DNA of 60,738 nt, counting the filler. It is 4 parts of 4 records of this genome, joined end to end, with 100 filler letters (N's around TTAATTAATTAA, not from the genome) between each part and the next. Parts side by side here need not be neighbours in the genome. Positions count along the whole stretch, not along the records: positions 44,687 to 60,738 come from SRR31156797_5380; 3 more parts are not named here. One strand, written 5' to 3'. Under the pieces are notes generated by a model. That model did not search any database and was not told where the DNA came from. It saw only the letters and a list, made by a program, of their open reading frames with translations. Positions 56,600-60,738 of the stretch are shown piece after piece. Numbering within the stretch: the first letter of the stretch is position 1; each line of letters starts with the position of its first letter. The position numbers and the translations under genes are program-made.

Positions 56600-58282
56600 G
56601 TGAGCGACCATCTCCCGGAAGCAGACGAACTTTCCCGGATCAATTGGGATTTGCCCCCACACGGATGGATGGCCCCCAACCACAAAAATGGGCCCGCCAT
56701 GCTCAAGAAAGGGATGTACTGCCACGGGGTTCAAGGTAAAAACATCAAGGCCCTGGGCATGCCCAACCCCCGGGACTGGCGGGTGGAAGATGAAGACTGG
56801 CAACTGCCCGGAGACTGGCACAATATCGTCATGGAAGGCCTTCGGGAACGCCTCCAAAGATTCAGATCTCTTCAAATCTTCATGGATATCTGCGTCCGTT
56901 GCGGCGCCTGCGCGGATAAGTGCCACTTTTTCATCGGCTCCGGCGATCCCAAGAACATGCCGGTGTTGCGGGCCGAACTGTTGCGGTCCGTATACCGCCA
57001 CGATTTCACCCGGGCCGGCCGCATCATGGGAAAAATGGTGGGGGCGAGGAAGCTCACCAAAGGGGTGATCCGGGAATGGTGGTATTATTTTTTTCAATGC
57101 AGCGAATGCCGCAGATGTTCCCTCTTCTGCCCCTACGGCATCGATACGGCGGAAATCACCATCCTGGGCCGTGAACTGCTGAACCTCCTGGGACTCAACA
57201 TCGACTGGATCGGCGCGGCCGTGGCCAAGTGTCACCATGTGGGGAATCATATCGGCATGGAACCCCAGACTTTCAAGGAATCCATTGAATTTTTGTGCGA
57301 CGATATCGAGGAGATCACAGGGATCAAAATTGAACCTTCCTTCAACCGCAGGGGGGCTGAGATTCTGTTTGTCACATCCTCGGGTGACTTTTACGCGGAA
57401 CCGGGCATCTTCACCTGCATGGGATACCTGATGCTGTTTCACCAGCTGGGGCTGGACTATACCTGGTCCACCTATGCAGCCGAAGGGGGCAATTTCGGTT
57501 TCTTCACCAGCCATGAGGTGGCCAAACTCCTCAATGCCAAGATGTATGCGGAGGCCGAGCGCTTGAAGGTCAAATTTATTCTGGGGGGAGAATGCGGGCA
57601 CATGTGGCGGGTCATCCATCAGTACATGGGAACCATGAACGGACCGGCCGGTTTCCTGGAAACCCCGGTCTCCCCCGTCACGGGGACCCGGTTTGATCAT
57701 GCGGCTTCCACCAAGGCGGTCCATATCTGCGAATTCACGTCAGACCTGCTTCACCAAAACAAAATCAAGCTGGATCCTTCCCGAAATGATCACCTGAACG
57801 TCACCTTTCACGATTCCTGCAATGTGGCCCGGGGCATGGGCCTTCTTGAGGAGCCCCGATATCTCATTAAAAATGCCTGCAATCATTTTTACGAAATGCC
57901 CGAAGAAACCATTCGAGAGCGCACCTTCTGCTGCGGCAGCGGGGCCGGGCTCCATGCAGGCGAAGACATGGAGCTGCGCATGCGGGGCGGTTTCCCGAGG
58001 GCCAATGCGGTGAGGACCGTGCGCGACCAATATAATGTAAACACACTGGCGTGCATCTGCGCCATCGACCGGGCCGCTTTTCCGGCCCTCATGGATTACT
58101 GGGCACCGGAAGTGGGGGTCATGGGCATTCATGAACTACTGGGAAATGCCCTGGTGATGGATGGGGAACAGCCGCGGACCCTGGACCTTCGCGGGGAAGA
58201 GCTGCCGGGGATGACGGAGGAAATACCGCCACCCGGAGAAACACCCGGTCTTGATTCAACCGTAAAAACGGAGGATGCCTGA
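56600..58282 (+). CDS. dsrK: DsrK Fe-S protein (HdrD-like)
   Basis: CVRCGACADKCHFF; DPKNMPVLRAELLRSVYR; CSECRRCSLFCP; EGGNFG; GECGHMWR; HDSCN; CCG; CICAID. Confidence 0.97.
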   Translation: MSDHLPEADELSRINWDLPPHGWMAPNHKNGPAMLKKGMYCHGVQGKNIKALGMPNPRDWRVEDEDWQLPGDWHNIVMEGLRERLQRFRSLQIFMDICVRCGACADKCHFFIGSGDPKNMPVLRAELLRSVYRHDFTRAGRIMGKMVGARKLTKGVIREWWYYFFQCSECRRCSLFCPYGIDTAEITILGRELLNLLGLNIDWIGAAVAKCHHVGNHIGMEPQTFKESIEFLCDDIEEITGIKIEPSFNRRGAEILFVTSSGDFYAEPGIFTCMGYLMLFHQLGLDYTWSTYAAEGGNFGFFTSHEVAKLLNAKMYAEAERLKVKFILGGECGHMWRVIHQYMGTMNGPAGFLETPVSPVTGTRFDHAASTKAVHICEFTSDLLHQNKIKLDPSRNDHLNVTFHDSCNVARGMGLLEEPRYLIKNACNHFYEMPEETIRERTFCCGSGAGLHAGEDMELRMRGGFPRANAVRTVRDQYNVNTLACICAIDRAAFPALMDYWAPEVGVMGIHELLGNALVMDGEQPRTLDLRGEELPGMTEEIPPPGETPGLDSTVKTEDA

Positions 58283-58677
58283 TGCACGGCAAGGCTTGGG
58301 TGATCACGGGGATGATCCTTTTCGCCGCGTTGGCGGCCTTCCCCTTTTACTGGTATTCCATGGGAGAGGATAAACCCTTTCCCCAACTGGAAATACCGAA
58401 AGATGCCAAAAAATGTGTAGAAAAAACCGCATTCATGCGGGCAAACCACATGCGACTACTGGATGCCTGGCGGGTTTCGGTGGTGCGGGATCATATGTTC
58501 ATCTACACCGCCGCATCCGGAAAAAAATTTGAGATGAACCTTCACAAAACCTGTCTGGGATGCCATACCGCCACCGCAAAATTCTGCGATCGATGTCACG
58601 AATACAATGATGTGGCCCCTCCCTGCTGGGACTGCCATGTGGCAACGGGCGAGCCCGGAAAGGGGGGATCATCATGA
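58282..58677 (+). CDS. dsrJ: DsrJ triheme cytochrome c
   Basis: CVE..FMRANHM.LL..WR..VVR; CLGCH, CDRCH, CWDCH. Confidence 0.95.
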   Translation: MHGKAWVITGMILFAALAAFPFYWYSMGEDKPFPQLEIPKDAKKCVEKTAFMRANHMRLLDAWRVSVVRDHMFIYTAASGKKFEMNLHKTCLGCHTATAKFCDRCHEYNDVAPPCWDCHVATGEPGKGGSS

Positions 58678-59447
58678 CCATCACCCGCAGAAAATTCTTG
58701 AAAACAATGTCCACCGCGGGTCTTTTCGTTGCAGCGGGAACTGCCGTGAACAGCCATGGGTTTGATCTCCCCGGCCGCATGTCCCCAGGCCCTCAAGCGC
58801 TTAAGGCCAAACGGTGGGGCATGCTGGTGGATATGAGCAAATGCCATGGTCAGTGCATTGAAAACTGCATCGGCGTTTGCCATCGAATCCACAATGTCCC
58901 TTATATTCCCACAGCCGAACACCGGGTCATGTGGCTGTTTCAGGAGCCCTATGAAAACACCTTTCCCGAACGGGCCCATGATCTTATTTCCCATCGGCTT
59001 AAAACCTTGAAATTTTTTCTGTTATGTAACCATTGCGACGATCCTCCCTGTGTAAGGGCCTGCCCCACCCAGGCCACTTTCAAGCGTAAAGAAGACGGCA
59101 TTGTCATGATCGATTACCACCGCTGCATCGGGTGCCGTTTTTGCATGGCCGCCTGCCCCTACGGGTCCCGAAGTTTCAATTTCCGGGACCCCCGGCCCTA
59201 TATCAAAAAGATTCATCCGGAGTTCCCAACCCGTCGGAAAGGGGTGGTGGAGAAATGCAACTTCTGCCAGGAACGGCTGGAGGTGGGGCAAATGCCCGCA
59301 TGTGTGGAAACCTGTAAAAAGGGCGCCCTGGTCTTTGGAGACCTGGGGGATCCCTCGTCGGAGATTCGTCAAGTTCTGGCGGAAAAACCCCATGTGAGGC
59401 GAAAGCCCGAACTGGGGACCCGACCTTCGGTGTTTTACATTTTCTAA
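58674..59447 (+). CDS. dsrO: DsrO periplasmic Fe-S protein
   Basis: Tat signal TRRKFLK; CNHCDDPPCVRACP; CIGCRFCMAACPYG; KGVVEKCNFC. Confidence 0.95.
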   Translation: MTITRRKFLKTMSTAGLFVAAGTAVNSHGFDLPGRMSPGPQALKAKRWGMLVDMSKCHGQCIENCIGVCHRIHNVPYIPTAEHRVMWLFQEPYENTFPERAHDLISHRLKTLKFFLLCNHCDDPPCVRACPTQATFKRKEDGIVMIDYHRCIGCRFCMAACPYGSRSFNFRDPRPYIKKIHPEFPTRRKGVVEKCNFCQERLEVGQMPACVETCKKGALVFGDLGDPSSEIRQVLAEKPHVRRKPELGTRPSVFYIF

Positions 59448-59456
59448 GAGGCCGAC

Positions 59457-60623
59457 ATGATTGAAAAAGCCCTTCACGGGGGAAAAGGCTACTGGGCATG
59501 GATCATCTTTCTTGCGGCGGGTGTCGGGGTGGGTCTTTTCGCCTACCTGTACCAACTGCGGGAGGGGTTGTGGCTCACCGGCATGAGCCGGAATGTTTCC
59601 TGGGGCTTCTACATCTCCCAATTCACCTTTCTGGTGGGGGTGGCGGCTTCCGTCCTCATGGTGGTGCTGCCGCTTTATCTTCATGATTTTAAAGCTTTTG
59701 CACCCATTACGGCCCTGGCCCAGTTTTTGACGGTGGGAACACTTACCATGAGTCTCCTCTTTATCTTTTCCGATGTGGGCATGCCCATGCGCATCCTGAA
59801 TGTACCGTTAAACCCCACACCCGGCTCCATGCTCTTTTACGATACCATATTTCTGCCGGGATTCATGCTACTCAACCTAGTTATCGGATGGACCGCCGTG
59901 GGGGTCGAGAAAAGGCACACATCCCTTCCCCCCTGGGTCAAATTCCTCATCTATGTCTCCTTTCCCTGGGCCGTGATCATGCACACGGTCACCGCATTCA
60001 TCTACGCGGGCACCCCCGGACGGGGCTTCTGGATGACCGCCATCATGGCACCCCGTTTTCTGGCCACGGCCTTTGCGGCGGGATGCGCCATTCTGATTAT
60101 TCTTTCCTTGATACTCAGGTCTATTGCCCGGTTTGATGCAGGGGAGAAGGCCATCCAGAAACTGGTGACCATTATGTTTTACGCCCTGATTGTTAACGCA
60201 TTCTGTCTGGCGGTGGAATATTTCACGGCATTTTACAGTCATGTGCCCGCCTATAGTGAAACCTTTCGGTATCTTTTTTTCGGGATTGACGGAAATAGGG
60301 CCTTTGTGCCATGGTTCTGGGTGATGAACCTGGCGATTTTGGGTTCCATCGCCCTGCTGGCTTTTCCCGCTGTCAGACACAATCATCTCCGATTGTCCGA
60401 AGCCTGCATTGTTGCGCTGGTCGGTCTCTGGATCGACAAGGGGTTCCTGCTGGTACCCGCGGCATTTATCCCCAATGTTTTCGGCCGGATCATGGAATAC
60501 CCGCCATCATGGGTTGAGCTGACCGTCTCTTTGGGAATCTACTGCCTGGGCATGCTTCTGGTGACGGCACTTTACAAAGTGATCATCGCCGTCAGGGGGG
60601 AAGGGCGTCTTTCTCCTTCCTGA
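59457..60623 (+). CDS. dsrP: DsrP (NrfD/PsrC family)
   Basis: TGMSRNVSWGFYISQFTFLVGVAAS; HTVTAFIYAG.PGR..W.TAIMAPRFLA. Confidence 0.95.
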   Translation: MIEKALHGGKGYWAWIIFLAAGVGVGLFAYLYQLREGLWLTGMSRNVSWGFYISQFTFLVGVAASVLMVVLPLYLHDFKAFAPITALAQFLTVGTLTMSLLFIFSDVGMPMRILNVPLNPTPGSMLFYDTIFLPGFMLLNLVIGWTAVGVEKRHTSLPPWVKFLIYVSFPWAVIMHTVTAFIYAGTPGRGFWMTAIMAPRFLATAFAAGCAILIILSLILRSIARFDAGEKAIQKLVTIMFYALIVNAFCLAVEYFTAFYSHVPAYSETFRYLFFGIDGNRAFVPWFWVMNLAILGSIALLAFPAVRHNHLRLSEACIVALVGLWIDKGFLLVPAAFIPNVFGRIMEYPPSWVELTVSLGIYCLGMLLVTALYKVIIAVRGEGRLSPS

Positions 60624-60683
60624 AGGGTTTAATGAAACTGCCATACAACCGCCGTTAACGATTACAAGGATAAGGAGGGAAAA

Positions 60684-60738
60684 ATGGGATTTTTTAAAAT
60701 GTTGTTCGGTATTTGTCAGACGTCATCTCCGGCTGACC
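60684..60738 (+). CDS. 5' fragment of the next gene (MGFFKMLFGICQTSSPAD...)
   Basis: AGGAGG RBS then ATG; open to the window end; product not assignable. Confidence 0.6.
   Translation, partial: MGFFKMLFGICQTSSPAD

Noticed and set aside
56387-57724. 445-aa minus-strand ORF
   Set aside because: Antisense to dsrM/dsrK, which carry all expected motifs

Overview
This window is not one locus. Three identical 100-nt spacers (N-run + TTAATTAATTAA + N-run at 24397-24496, 32804-32903 and 44587-44686) join four unrelated contigs. (A) 1-24396 is AT-rich and Bacteroidota-like: regulators, two ECF/anti-sigma systems, two TonB-dependent receptors, a cytochrome c-sugar dehydrogenase fusion, a TraB/GumN protein, an LRR gene, an ABC exporter and many small palindromic or periodic intergenic repeats. 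(B) 24497-32803 is GC-rich and spirochaete-like: azlCD, a GNAT, a Cache-HAMP-GAF-HD-GYP protein and a ROK-regulated SDR/sugar-ABC locus. (C) 32904-44586 is Desulfobacterota-like: LOG protein, class I fumarase, MBL hydrolase, and a TolC/MacAB-type exporter plus response regulator between IS110 and IS3 remnants. (D) 44687-60738 comes from a Desulfobacterota sulfate reducer. It carries a complex I-like operon with no nuoEFG in view (nuoABCD-[insert]-HIJK, two MrpD-like subunits, nuoM), transcribed divergently from a complete dsrMKJOP operon. Taxonomic labels are inferred from composition and gene content. The best candidate for an undescribed system is contig D: head-to-head Nuo-like and DsrMKJOP operons, one antiporter-like subunit that appears to have lost its charged pumping residues, a Lys-rich NuoI, and an AT-rich insert with a BsuBI/PstI endonuclease remnant between nuoD and nuoH. 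All motif comparisons were made by eye; no searches were run.
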